From Octopus sinensis (lineage: Eukaryota), in NCBI RefSeq assembly GCF_006345805.1, contig NC_043011.1:29338464-29402463 (forward strand): a DNA stretch of 64,000 bases, given 5' to 3'. Under the pieces are notes generated by a model. The model saw only the letters and a list, made by a program, of their open reading frames with translations, was not told the DNA's origin and did not search any database. Each line of letters opens with the position of its first letter. Positions within the stretch are counted from its first letter, which is position 1. Of this stretch, positions 11,555 to 24,920 are shown piece after piece. Made by a program: the position numbers and the translations under genes.

Positions 11555-11798
11555 GCGCCCTTTTAAAGCCTAGCCAGGCCTATGTGCCCGGGTTCCTGGT
11601 TTCTGTGGTGTATATGTTCCCCAGCTGCATGAGACACAAGTCCATCGCAGCGTTACTCATTTTTTTCCAGCTGAGTGGACTGGAGCAATGTGAAATGAAG
11701 TGTTTTGCTCAAGAACACAACGCGTCGCCCGGTCCAGGAATCGAAACCACAATCTTACAATCATGATGCAGATACCCTAACCACTAAGTCACACGCCT

Positions 11799-11800
<2 letters not shown>
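11555..11800 (-). mobile_element. tRNA-derived SINE, family D type
   Basis: Minus-strand head GGAGGCGTGTGACTTAGTGGTTAGGG...GGTTTCGATTCC; similar copy at 38040-38360. Confidence 0.7.
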
Positions 11801-11831
<31 letters not shown>

Positions 11832-12234
11832 ACAAAACAGGAAAATGGGCATTTTTCAGTTTTATTTATTTTTTCGGTTGCTAATAGGAATTACAAAGAT
11901 TTACATGTTAGATATTCATGTAAGGAATTTTCTTCTAGAAAGTCATCAGACACATGTGCTTCAAGGGGAAACAGCTGGGATTTGCCCTATCTACCTGTTT
12001 TATATATATATATTCTTCTATTCTTTTACTTGTTTCAGTCATTTGACTGTTGCCATGCTGGAGCACCACCTTGAAAGGTTTTTGTTGAACAAATCGACCC
12101 CAGGACTTATTCTTAAGCCTAGTACTTATTCTCTTTTGCTGAACTGCTAAGTTATGGAGGCTGTAAATTCATCAACACCGGTTGTGAAGTGGTGATGGCA
12201 GTACAAACACAGACAAAAGGGCACACATGCATAG

Positions 12235-12279
<45 letters not shown>

Positions 12280-12554
12280 ATATATACACACACACATATA
12301 CATATACACCACACAGACATTACACACACACACATATATATATATAATATATATATATATATATACACACACACATATACATATACACACACACAGACAT
12401 ATACACACATACACATATATATATATATATATACACATACATATATAAGTATGTATATATAATATATACACACACATACATATATAAGTATGTATATATA
12501 TATATATATACACGTATGCATGTGCATATATGTATATATATATATATATATATA

Positions 12555-12765
12555 GTTAATCCAAACAAGAAAACACAAAAAAAACAACAACGCAAGGACG
12601 TGGAACAAATATAGTATTATTGGACGATCAGGAAAGAAGGGAAGAAGGAGGGTTTAACGTTTCGAGTGGAGCTCTTTGTTGGAAACATCCAGAGAAGGAA
12701 AGATCCAGAGAAGGGAAGACAGAGGAAAAAAAATTGCCAACGGTACACACGAGGTCACATGATGG
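12555..12765 (-). mobile_element. (TA)n-adjacent repeat related to H1 with decayed hammerhead-like motif at 12652-12686
   Basis: Minus strand: GTTT CCAACAA A GAG CTCCA CTC GAAAC GTT AAAC; reverting CpG decay gives CCGACGA. Confidence 0.5.
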
Positions 12766-14290
12766 TCTTCTTTCAGTTTCCGTCTAATAGATCCACTCAC
12801 AAGGCTTTGGTCAGTAGAAGATGCTTGCCTAAGGTATCACACAATGGGAGTAAACCCAGAACCATGTGGTTGGGAAGAAAAACTTCTTATCACACCGCCA
12901 TGCCTGCACCTATTTGTTTATTCATTGATTCATTTATGTTGGCCTTTTTTCTTTCTAAGACAGAAAGAAGTGATTTTAAGGGGATTTGGTTGTTATTTCA
13001 AACATGATGAGTTACCATGTTGAAGTTCTTGTGGACGATCATGATGATGATAAGGTGAATGATTATGATGATTATGAGGCTGAATTAGATGATAAGGATA
13101 ATGATGATATGGAGATGGTGGTGGTGGGATGGAGGAGGCAGAAGAGGAGGTGGTGGAGAAGGATGAGAAAGATGTCAGCAGTGGTGGTAGTGGATGGTGC
13201 TGCTGTTTGGGAACGAGGTGTGTGGTGGTCATGGTGCTGCTGGTGGTGATGATGATAATGGTGATGTGGGTGGTATCAGTGTTGGTGAAGGTGATTGATG
13301 GGATGGTGGTGTTTGTGGTGGCAAGTCTTATGATGATGATGGTGACCACAATGACCAGTATTCCTCATCCCAATACATTTAGTTGCATTGGTAGATATCA
13401 AGGACATTAACAGTGACAATAGTGATGATGATGATTATGACGAAGATGATGATGATGATGATGATGATGAGGAGGAGGAGGAGGAGGAGAAGGAGGAGGA
13501 GAAGGATGAAGTTAATGACACTGAGAGCATTATCGTTGTGTGATAGACTCAGTTATTTTTAATTGGGTCTTCTTCGTCTTGTTAGTAACCAAAAGGGACC
13601 ACTTAAGAATGAAGCTACAGATAAATTGTTAGCAAGTGTTTTAAGGTTCTGTGAAAACTTGATTGGTTTGGGGTTTTCCAGACAATTAACCCCAAATTCC
13701 TTGATTGCATTGTCTGCGCTTTGTTTTGATTAACATAATCCCTTAACTCTTGATGTTTGAGATTACATTACATAGATACTAACATGCATACACACATATA
13801 TCTCATACACACACGAAAATGTAATACACATACATACATGCATACACACATACATATACATGCATATACACACATACATGTAAACACATGCATACATCGA
13901 GGACTCAGTCAGTTGTGACAATAAGCGTTCTAGTTGATCTGATTATCTTGCTCATGAAATTAAGTGGCTGAGTATCCCACAAACATGCATACCCTTTGCA
14001 TAGTTCCTAATTAAATGCCAAATTGATATGTGTTGTAGTTTTCTTTTTAGAGTGCCAGTCCTGATTCTTTTTGATCAGACCTTACATATATTCTCTACCC
14101 AGGTGACAAATTCATATCTAAATTATAATTATTGGCATACTCCAGTATGTTAACAAATGCTAGAATTTTCAAAGAAAATGCCACACTAATATACATTTTA
14201 AAAATATACTCTCTAAAGGAAATAGTAAAAATATGTGAGATTAAATATGTAAGCCTTACCTAAAGTTCAACATGTAAAACTATTTTCAAT

Positions 14291-14462
14291 AGGTGCAGGG
14301 GTGGTTGTGTGGTAAGTAGCTTGCTTACCAACCACATGGTTCCGGGTTCAGTCCCATTGCATGGCACCTTGGGCAAGTATCTTCTACTATAGTCTTGGGC
14401 CGACCAAAGCCTTGTGAGTGGATTTGGTAGACGGAAACTGAAAGAAGCCCATTGTATATATG

Positions 14463-14495
<33 letters not shown>

Positions 14496-14730
14496 ATGTA
14501 TGTGTTTGTGTGTCTGTGTTTGTCCCCTCCAACATCGTTTGACAACCGATGCTGGTGTGTTTACGTCCTCGTCACTTAGCAGTTCAGTAAAAGAGACCGA
14601 TAGAATAAGTACTAGGCTTGCAAAGAATTAGTCCTGGCATCGATTTTCTCTACTAAAGGCAGTGCTCCAGCATGGCCACAGTCAATTGACTGAAACGAGT
14701 AAAAGAGTAAAAGAGTAAAAGAGTAAAAGA
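14291..14730 (+). mobile_element. Full-length family A SINE
   Basis: Head, (TA)/(TG)n centre, tail with (AAAAGAGT)4. Confidence 0.9.
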
Positions 14731-14829
14731 ATATCATCATTCCAAGAATGTGCCTTTGTTTTTTGGTTAGAAACCAGCTCTTTTTTTATATGAAGAAGTC
14801 AAGGAATAGAAAATAAATTACCTACTTAC

Positions 14830-14865
14830 ATGGCTGTTTACATACTTGTCTAAGAACATACGTAC
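14830..14865 (-). CDS. Candidate 36-nt symmetric micro-exon (TYVLRQVCKQP in phase 1, or VRMFLDKYVNSH in phase 0)
   Basis: Acceptor TTCTCTTTTTATATTCCAG, donor GTAAGT, length divisible by 3; no homology recognised. Confidence 0.3.
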
Positions 14866-15827
14866 CTGGAATATAAAAAGAGAATCTCTGTTAGTGAATA
14901 TATATAAACATCAACGCAATTATTACTGGTTGAAAATTTTGGCCCAAGATCAGCAATCCTGGGTAGGGGCTAAGTTGACTACATCAATCCCCAGTGGTCA
15001 ACTGGTACTTATTTTATTAACCCTGAATCAATGAAAGGCAAAGTCAACTGTGGCTTAATTTGAACTCAGAATGTACAGAAGGATGAAATGCTCTTGTGCA
15101 TTTTGCCCAGCGTGCTAACGGTTCTGTCAGCTTGTTACCTTATCAACGCAATCAATATTGTAGAACATTCTCATCAGAGTTTCTATCAAGTGAATCATAA
15201 CAGGCCAGATACATTCATTTGTGACAGACAAGAAAAAGGAAGGTACTGTAATGGTATTTCGTCTGCCGCTATGTTCTTAGTTCAAATTCTCTCAAAAGAA
15301 TAGAGGCCATTGTAGTAATGAGACTTCTGCTGGTTCTGTGATACCAAACTTTGCATTTTGGCAGAACTGTTAGCACGCTGGTTAAAATGTTTAGTGGCAC
15401 TTGGTTCATCTTTAAATTCTGAGTTCATATTCTGCTGAGGTCAACTTTGCCTTTCATCCTTCCGGGGTCGATTAAATAAGTACCAGTTATGCACTGGGGT
15501 CGATTTAATCAGCTTAATCAGTTTGTTTGTCCTTGTTTGTCCCCTCTGTGTAGCCCCTTTGGGCAGTAAAGAAATAAGATGTGAATGTGCATCAGGTTCA
15601 CTAAATGTAGAGGTAAGATGCGAAGGGTCACCATATGTAGATGGTCAAAGTGGGGATGAAACAACATAACTTTGAAGAGGAAAGGAATAATATTCACACA
15701 GTTATTTGCTGGCAGTGGTTAGTAAAATATAGTTAGTAGTAGTTGACAATAGTAACGATGTGTTGGTGGCTTGCTGGTAGTTGGTAGTATGTAAGTTGTG
15801 CATTCTGGTGACAGAGAGGAAGAAAGG

Positions 15828-16230
15828 CAGCACTGGATTAACCATAAGCATGTGCTTAGGGGATCAAGTAACAGGTGGGTGGGGGCATGACAGAAATAGT
15901 AAATGGTTTACAGCACAAAAGAAATCACTTTAAACTTGCTAAAACTATATTTGGGATGCCTTATCTCTATAAAGTTTAGAAGCAGATATGTTACATAAGA
16001 TTAATTTTGAGGATCTGATCAAAGACTTTGCAATTAAAACAGAGAAAGCTTTTCAAGTATAAATAAACTGGAAGTATACAAAAATAAACATTATTTTCCA
16101 TCTTATGTTAGTCTAGTTTCATCTTGAAAATTACAACTTTATTTCAAGGTTTTATTTTGAATTACTTATATATAGGGGCACCGAAATCTTTTAAGTGCTT
16201 AGGGCCTGTATGGGTCTAAATTCAGCCCTG
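15828..16230 (+). mobile_element. hAT-superfamily MITE with transposase C-terminal remnant
   Basis: 8-bp TSD AAGAAAGG at 15820-15827 and 16231-16238; termini CAGCACTGGATT...AATTCAGCCCTG; internal DALSL*SLEADMLHKINFEDLIKDFAIK resembles the hAT dimerisation end. Confidence 0.85.
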
Positions 16231-17045
16231 AAGAAAGGGTAAGGATTATGTTATCCCTTTCCATTCAGCCGATGCTATTGCTCCTGGTTAACAGCTGCCA
16301 TGAATGGAGATGTGTGCTCTCTGTTAGCCAGTGGAACTGAAGAGAATGAGAGACAGAGAGATGATCTCAAGTTATATAGGGTATGACCAGGAAGTAGGCC
16401 TAACCTAAAACAAAGGACTGACCCTTCAGTGAGCAGCAAAGGTCCTAGAAGGTCTGATTTTTCTCATTAATTTCTCAGCATGGAGATAAAACACAATGGA
16501 ATGAGACAGTAGTCTGACAAGCAGCAAGGGTGTAAATTTAGTTTTGAACCTCAGTCAGGTGGGGCTAAGTGAGCTCCTACACCACCATTATGGAGGTCAG
16601 CTGCCCTGGTGATAGGAATATCACTTAGAAAATCAAAGAAAATGAGAATAAGTTATGATGGTGATGGTGATGGTAGGTGGTGATAGTAGAAGGGTGGGGT
16701 TGCTTTGATAAAGGATTTGCTCCATGTGAGCCATTTTCTTTGATGAGGAAACAGGATTTGGTGGAAATTGACTAATCAATCTGAGCCCTTTATGAAACAG
16801 ATGATGACAATGACAACGACGACGATGATGATGGTGATGATGACGACGATGATGGTTATGATGATGAAAATAATGGTGATAGTATTGACGATGGTAGGGT
16901 TGAGATGTGGTGGTGGTGGTGGTGGTGGGATGATAGGGATGGGTTGAGGTTTCGTCATGCAATATTACATGGGAACCATAGCAGGAGAGAGGATTAAGAA
17001 CAAATTTTTTAATCCGGTTTTAAACAAAATAAGAATATTTCTTGA

Positions 17046-17110
<65 letters not shown>

Positions 17111-17453
17111 TAATGATGATGATGATGTATTCATTATTAACCATCAAGGGTTGACAAAAACGTAGAGAATGTTACAGGACGATAGAGTGTGGGATTACAA
17201 AAAAATAAACATGAAGTTTAACAAAATCAGTACAAAAAATACTGGCATAAATTAAAATATGACAAAAAAAGAAAGAACAAAAGTAGCATTTTTGCATTAA
17301 AAAAAAATGAAGAAAAGGTTTTTCTTGCAATGGGAAGAAAACAATGAGTTTCTTCAAATGAAAACAACCCAATTAATTTCTCATAACGAAGGAAAAAAAC
17401 AATCAATTTTTTACAATTAAGGAAAAACCAGGAATTTCTTACAATGGCAAACA

Positions 17454-17484
<31 letters not shown>

Positions 17485-18070
17485 ATGAAGGAATTCCTAA
17501 GAAAGAGTATTTCATAAAATGATGGTAAAACCATGATAGAAAATTTTAAAAATTTTCTCAAAATAAATTCTTAAAAAATAAAGCAAAAAATAACATTTTT
17601 TTTCACATGAATACAATGTGCCTGGAAATTTCAACATTTGTAAACATGATTTTTTATGTGTTCCTCATGACCTGAATATCAAACATAAAAATCAAATGTG
17701 CCAACAGCCATCCATACATACAGGCATCCCCTTTATGGCCATTGCCTCCTCTCTCTTTCCCAAGTTCCATGTAAAATCCTTTTTTTCTATAGGCAAAAGA
17801 CCTGAAATATGGTGTGAGGGGGCTAGTCACTTACATCGACCCCAGTATACATGATCCCCAAAACATGAATTTGAACTCAGAATGTAGTGGCAGAAAAAAT
17901 ACTGCTAAGCATTTCACCAGTGTACTAACAATTTAGCCTGGTGCACATCAATGTACTTGTAGCATTTGATGAGGCTAAATATTAAGCAGAAGCAATCGAG
18001 TGATTCAAAGTATGAGAGTTTCATGTGTTGGCACTTATCAAAGATATATATATATATATATATATATATA

Positions 18071-18697
18071 TCATATAATTAAGGGCTAAAGAGGGTACAC
18101 TGTTTTATCCACTTATAATCCGCTTGTTACAGGAAAATTGAAACTGAAAATGGGCAACTAACCTTTAGAAAATTTAAATTTCGTTATCTCTATATTGAAT
18201 CAATTTCGGACTTAATCTTATAAAAAAAGATATATTCCTTCTTCAGTAGAACTTTCGATGGGATATAAATAAAATACTCACGTATGATCATGGAAAAAGC
18301 ACAAGCTAAAAACATAACTACACTTGAGTACATCACTTATATCTAAAAATAAAAATTCTTTGGTCAGCCTCAGAAAACAACGTCCAGACCTTTCGCCGCT
18401 ACTCATTGTAATGGTTACCAGTCCTCCTGTAGCAAGCATCGAGTTTACTACTAAGCAATATAGGATGAAGTCCCTTACTCTACAGCAAAGGAATTCATCA
18501 GGAAGCGTGGGCAGTATATTTAAAAAAAACCGTTACGGTTGCAAATACATCATATAATTAAGGGCTAAAGAGGGTTATTCTAAAGCCAAATACACTGTTT
18601 TATCCACTTATAATCCGCTTGTTACAGGAAAATTGAAACTGAAAACGGGCAACTAACCTTTAGAAAATTTAAATTTCGTTATCTCTATATTGAATCA
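18071..18697 (-). mobile_element. Element with 479-bp period and about 130-bp terminal direct repeat, starting in (TA)n; hammerhead-like core at 18198-18246
   Basis: 18071-18202 is repeated at 18550-18697 (with a 16-bp insertion); minus strand CTGAAGA A GGA...TCC GAAAT TG ATT. Confidence 0.6.
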
Positions 18698-19300
18698 TAA
18701 GCAACAAGGATATCCAAAGGTAGTGTAGTACAATCGTTTCATGTTACTTCATTTAATTAAACAATGTAAGTATTACATGTTTTAAAATATAGAGCATTCT
18801 TCAGCCACATATGGAATTAAAAAAAATTTTTTATTTATTTTATTTTATTTAAAAAAAAATTTAATTGACAATGTTCATTTTTATACTTATTCCATTTGCC
18901 AACATTACAAAAAGGGTAGGTATATAGACAGAGAGGTGAATTTCATCAATAAGAAATGGTAGAAGATCTTTCCTCATGGGCAGATTTTTTATCACTTACT
19001 CATGGGCAGATTTTTTATCACTCAGTGATAAAAAATCTGTCCATGAGGAAAGATCTTCTACCATTTCTTATTGATGAAATTCACCTCTCTGTCTATATAC
19101 CTACCCTCTTTGTAATGTTGGCAAATGGAATAAGTATAAAAATGAACATTATCAATTAAATTTTAAAAAAATAAAAAATTTCATATGTGGCTGAAGAATG
19201 CTCTACATTTTAAAACTGATGTAATACTTACATTGTTTAATTAAATGAAGTAGCATGAAACGAATGTACTACACTACCTTTGGATATCCTTGTTGCTTAT
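18697..19300. repeat. About 600-bp near-perfect palindrome (fold-back) with 1-nt spacer
   Basis: ATAAGCAACAAGGATATCCAAAGG...CCTTTGGATATCCTTGTTGCTTAT; centre ATCACT-C-AGTGAT at 19023; 26-bp tandem duplication in the left arm. Confidence 0.92.
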
Positions 19301-19599
19301 TTTGATTATAATCACCCCATTTGATTTATATAGATAATACTATACCAAATTCTGGTGCCTTTAACTTAAGTACCATATTCATCTGAATCTAAATTTTTGC
19401 TGAACTTATATATATATATATATATATATAACCTTTTATCATTAATTAAAAAATCTTAGGGTAGCAAAAATATTTATAGAAAAATTCTTTGTTACCAGTG
19501 GTCTAGTGAGAAGGAAAAATTTAGATGCCCTATCATTGGTCATCTCTTATGTGTTTGAATGTACACTGTATTCTTCTATGAATTATATATATATATATA

Positions 19600-19790
19600 G
19601 ATAGAATTCACACAAAAAACCCAAAAGACAAAGACAGGTGATGTAGACAACAAACAGATGTATTAGTATAATGCTCGGAAATTGAGAAAGTCTTTTACGT
19701 TTCCAGCCTATGCTCTTCCACAGAAAGGAACACTGAAAGAAACAAGGAGAGAAAATAAAGAATGTGTAGTGGCTAGGGATCTATCATGGC
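19600..19790 (-). mobile_element. Family H1 copy
   Basis: Same sequence as 7934-8122 reversed; motif at 19692-19727. Confidence 0.75.
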
Positions 19791-19931
19791 ATTCTATCTA
19801 TTTTATATATATATATATTATTAATATCAGGAAATCAATATTAGAAAATTCTTCAGAAAGATATATACATATATATACATATATATACATAATATATTAC
19901 ATATATATATACATACATATATACATACATA

Positions 19932-19981
<50 letters not shown>

Positions 19982-21692
19982 CACACACCACACACAATAG
20001 TCTTCTTTCATTTTCACCAATCAAATCCACTCACAATATATTCTTTTCTACTCTAGGCACAAAGCCTGAAATTTTGGAGGAGGGGGCTAGTTGATTAAAT
20101 CGCCCCCAGTATGCAACTGGTATTTAATTTATCAACCCGAAAAGGATGAAAGGCAAAGTCAGCTGCAACAGAATTTGAACTCAGAACGTAAAGACAGATG
20201 AAATACTGCTAAGCATTCTGCCTGGTGTGCTAACATTTCTGCCAGCTTGCTGCCTTCTCCGCACAATATATTGATTGGCTTGGGCCATAGTAGAAGTCCT
20301 AGTGTTGTATTGTATGACCACAAAAAAAAACTTCCATTTTTACCTTTTTCCTTTTTTTTCTTTTTCCCCTCGAAATAAATCAGCTTACCCTCATTCCTAC
20401 CTTGTCTTTCATAGATGGTCTTGATCCCATTTTTATTTTCAAGCATCATCAAAGAATGATTATGACAGATGAGCATAATGATATTATGAGACTATTGATG
20501 AAAAAACCCAAAAACAAAAATACAAAACAAAACAAAAAAGAAACTATCAAAATAACAAAGAAACAGTGAAAAAGAGAAGATGAAAAAAATCACCACAAAA
20601 CAACCCCAAACGACCATTGTTCTTTCCTCCCACCTGATCGATATAAATATAAACTCACGGTACATGTCATAATAGCTGTAATAATGATGTTAGCCACACG
20701 TACAAATATATTGCTTATAAGAACATCATGAGTTATATAATCATATCAAATGGCAGATGATAATTTGACAGATGATATATTGTGTAATGTATTAGGGGTA
20801 GGGGTTAGGAAAGCGTGAGAGAATGGTCTTATAATATAGTATGTTGTATGTTATTACATGCTATCATCATAAATGTCAGGATATGGATATTAATTATAGA
20901 TTATGTGGTATGATGCACAACCAATGCAAACAAGGATTCATGGACTTGTTGATCGAAAAAATAACGAACATGAATATCGTACTTTGGTCACCACATGGTG
21001 CCATACTCTCTTTAGTATCAACCGATATCCTGCATATAAATTTCCACCTCTGATACATGGACCATACTTTCAAATCATACTTTCAAACCCACCACTGTAA
21101 ACACAAACATAAAATTTATTTATATGTAAACAAAATAAGAACCACTGCCTAAGTTTACCCTTCCTAAAAACTCATCCTTAGAACGAATATATCTACCTAT
21201 CCACCACTGGGCAAAATAACATGAATCTTGGAAGGCAACACTTGAAGTCTATGACTAATTTCTCTTTCCTAAACCTAATCCATTTTACTAAACTTTACTC
21301 CTCTCACACTCTAAGTCTTGCGCCTATTCTTCTTATGCGCTCTTCAATAAGAAAAATATACTGTACCTATTAGTAACTGACTCTTGTATGTATTGGCTCT
21401 CCTAAACATTTAGACCCTCTGATGAAGCCTAGAGACACACTCAACATCAAAACTCTATCTACCCACCCCTACAAAATGCTGAAGAGATGGAGCTCTTGGC
21501 AGAAACGGCCATAAGGAACTGATCTTTTAATCTTTTACTCTATGTTTTACTAGTATATATTTGTGTATCACACAGTCTTTGCATGTGTATATATTCTTAT
21601 AATAATCCCTTTTGTTTTGGAATAAATAGACATAATAGAATGTCAACTGGCTGATGCATGTCATTTTTGTATTCCCCTCCATTTTCTTTTTG

Positions 21693-21738
<46 letters not shown>

Positions 21739-22424
21739 GTACGTATGTGTTTGTATGTGTGTGTGTCTTTGTGTCTATGTCTGTCCCATCCACCACCACC
21801 ACCACTTGACAACAGGCTTTGTTGTGTTTATGTGCCTGTGACTTAGCGGTTTAGCAAAGAAGACCAATAGAATAAGTACCAGGCATTGAAAATAATAAGT
21901 ACTTGGGTCAATACATTTGACTAAAAATTCTTCAAGCCAGTGCCCCAGCTTGGCCGCAGTCTAATGACAGAAACAAATAAAAAGGTAAAAAATAACATAA
22001 AAGATAAAAGGAAAATAAAAACAAACAAAATTACTCTATGACCTTATCCACTCATTTCTCCGCAAGGAGTATGCCTACATCCCCTACACCATCCATGTTA
22101 ATAAAAACAAACAAAATTACTCGACAGATCTAATCTTCAGGTAATTGTAAAATACTCCATATATCATTAAACAGCTTAAGGTTCTAGCAACCATATGCCT
22201 ATCTACTGTTAGCATTTCTCCTCTAATATCATTGAATCTAGAAGCCTTAAATTATTTCTGACTGCTCAAATGGTTCTTGATATTTCTTCTTTAACAGATG
22301 TTACATGTATAGCCATTTCAAGCTCCTGTGATTCAAAAATTATCAAAGCATTTCTCTTCCATGCCCTGTTCATGACTATATCAAAAATATATTCTTTCAG
22401 TATTATAATAAAACAGTAATATAT

Positions 22425-22461
<37 letters not shown>

Positions 22462-22486
22462 CTATATATATATATATATATATATA

Positions 22487-22673
22487 GGGAGAATTCACAA
22501 AAAAAACAAAAGATGAAGACAGGTGGTGTAGATGACAAACAGATGTATTAGTATAACACTTGGGAATTGAAAAAGTCTTTAACATTTCGAGCCTATGCTC
22601 TTCCACAGAAAGGAACACTGAAAGAAACAAGGAGAGAAAAAAATGTGTGTAGTGGCTAATTATCTATCATGGC
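22487..22673 (-). mobile_element. Family H1 copy
   Basis: (TA)n flanks; motif CTTT CTGTGGA A GAGC ATAG GCTC GAAAT GTT AAAG at 22577-22612. Confidence 0.75.
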
Positions 22674-22675
22674 AA

Positions 22676-22724
<49 letters not shown>

Positions 22725-22940
22725 AAACAAGTCCCAAAACGAAATAAATATTTTATCCTTTTGTTCTAACTTGTTTGGCAAGTAAATGATTTGATAGTTT
22801 TCAACATTCTCATATCGAATCATCTGATAGGGGTATGTTGAAAGGAAACTAGTTATTTGTAATATAGTAATATTATTGATAATTTAAAACATATTCTCTT
22901 GTATTAACTTTCACTTTATGATCTTTTGTTTTTATTTCAG

Positions 22941-23051
22941 TTATGTTATGCTTATTATATATCAAAGCCATTTGTTGTTAGAATTGTGACATGGTCATTG
23001 ATACTCATCTTCGCTGTATTACAATATATGCATTTGAAACAGTTGATCTGA
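22941..23051 (+). CDS. Candidate terminal coding exon (LCYAYYISKPFVVRIVTWSLILIFAVLQYMHLKQLI*), hydrophobic segment
   Basis: Strong acceptor TCTTTTGTTTTTATTTCAG, open frame to TGA, AATAAA at 23074-23079; no upstream partner exon identified. Confidence 0.3.
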   Translation, partial: LCYAYYISKPFVVRIVTWSLILIFAVLQYMHLKQLI

Positions 23052-24471
23052 CTGACTTTATCATGATGTAACTAATAAATATTTATCGTATACTATAAAC
23101 AGACCCAGTTGTCTGACCTTTTATAATCAAGGAAACCTCAACCAATGGATAATCAGCAGGGTTGTAATACTTGTTGTTGGTGTTGGTGGTGGTGGTTTTG
23201 ATGGTGGTGTTGATGATGAGGCTTGGATGGGCGTTGGTTTGGAAGAAATAAATGAGAACTTGTGATGTTCATGCTTTTCTCAGAGGCAAATAAATTGATT
23301 TTTTTCTTTCAACTAAAACACCCCCTGCTTCTATAAGCTAATTCATTGTGTCTCATAACAACAAAAGCCTTCACAAAACTACTGTCTCTCCTCATCTCAT
23401 TACCTGTACTGTGTCTCATATCCAACATCAATACAGCAATTCTTTCCACCCCACAACATCATCCCTTTAAAATTCCTTTCCTATTTATGATGCTGTTGCT
23501 ACTGTTGCTGTGGTTCTTGTTTAGCTCCATGTGAACTTGCTCAAACAGAGCTATGATCAAAGGATTTATAGCCATAACTGTCTCGTTTTCTCTTTTTCTT
23601 TTTGTTACAGACAGTAAATTCAGAAACACATTGTCCAGTGCAATCATCATTATTGTCTTCATCATTAACGCCATCATTATAATCACCATCATCACTATTT
23701 TTGTTATCATTTTACATCTACTTTATATTGTATTGAGTCAGTACCCTATGATTCTATCGATGGATGCTTTTCCAGATACTAACCATTGTTTTTAAGCAAG
23801 GTATTTTATTCCACGATCGCAGGACGGCCTGTGGTGCTTACCTTGGATTGTGGGGTGACCTGCTGTGCTTGAGGAGACCTATTCTGTCAAGTACATCAAC
23901 ATCAAAATAAAAATCAAATGGAATTGTAGTTGTGATACCTGTGTTGGTGGCATGTAAAAAGCACCATCCGAACATGGCTGATGCCAGCGCCGCCTTGGCT
24001 GGCTTCCATCCCAGTGGCACATAAAAAGAACCAACTGATCATAGCTGTTGCCAGCCTCCTCTGGCCCCTGTGCCAGTGGCATATAAAAAGCACCAATTAC
24101 ACTCACAGAGTGGTTGGCGTTAGGAAGGGCATCCAGCTGTAGAAACACTGCCAGATCGACTGGAGCCTGGTGCAGCCTCCTGGCTTCCCAGACCCCGGTT
24201 GAACCGTCCAACCCATGCTAGCATGGAAAACGGCTGTTAAACGATGATGATGATGATGATGATGATGATCTCTGTACACTATTCTGCCATACTTTTGAGC
24301 TTTTTGTTTATGCCAGCCACACAAACAATATCACCATTGCCCAAGAAGCACTCAATGCAAACATACGCAAACACACACACACACACTGTGCACAAATGTA
24401 AAGAATGGATTTCAAGACTGTATAACAGTAATGCTTCTACCAAAGAAATTTTTCTTACAATACATAATAAT

Positions 24472-24920
24472 CCTTTCTGCTAAAGGTACAAGACCTGAAA
24501 TTTTGGGGGAGGAGACTAGTTGATTACATTGACCCCAGCGTTTCACTGGTACTCAATTTATCGATCTGAAAGGATGAAAGGCAAAGTCAACCTCAGCAGA
24601 ATTTGAACTCAGAACGTAAAGACAGATGAAATGCTGCTAAGCATTTTTTCCGGTGTGGTAACAATTCTGCCAGCTCACCGTCTTCCTTAGACATAATAAT
24701 AATAATCTTTTCTATTGAAGGCACAAGGCCGGAAATTTTGGGGAGGGGACTAGTCGACTACATTGACCCCAGTGTTTCACTGGTACTTTATTTATCGATC
24801 CCAAAAGGATGAAAGGTAAAGTTGACTTCAGTGGAATTTGAACTCAGAATGTAAAGACAGATGAAATGCTGCTGAGCATTTTGCCCAGCTTGCTAATGAT
24901 TCTGCCAGTTTGCCACCATC
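24472..24920 (-). mobile_element. Two tandem copies of family C SINE
   Basis: Each reads GAGCTGGCAGAAT...TTCTGAGTTCAAAT...CCTTGT on the minus strand; other copies near 10.3, 15.0, 15.4, 17.8, 20.1, 50.1, 55.1, 57.8 and 58.3 kb. Confidence 0.8.

Noticed and set aside
10596-13410. Long ORFs rich in YI/HT/CV, poly-H, poly-M or poly-I (also at 31.9, 34.5, 35.5, 36.9, 42.1 and 43.4 kb)
   Set aside because: Translations of (TA)n, (CA)n and (GAT)n microsatellites with no protein signal
20903-21100. 65-aa ORF MWYDAQPMQTRIHG... as a host gene exon
   Set aside because: No recognised homology, weak acceptor, no partner exon
22078-22141. Putative plus-strand exon EYAYIPYTIHV... ending AG|GTAATT
   Set aside because: Overlaps a 22-bp direct repeat (ATAAAAACAAACAAAATTACTC), and its phase does not match the 22941 candidate
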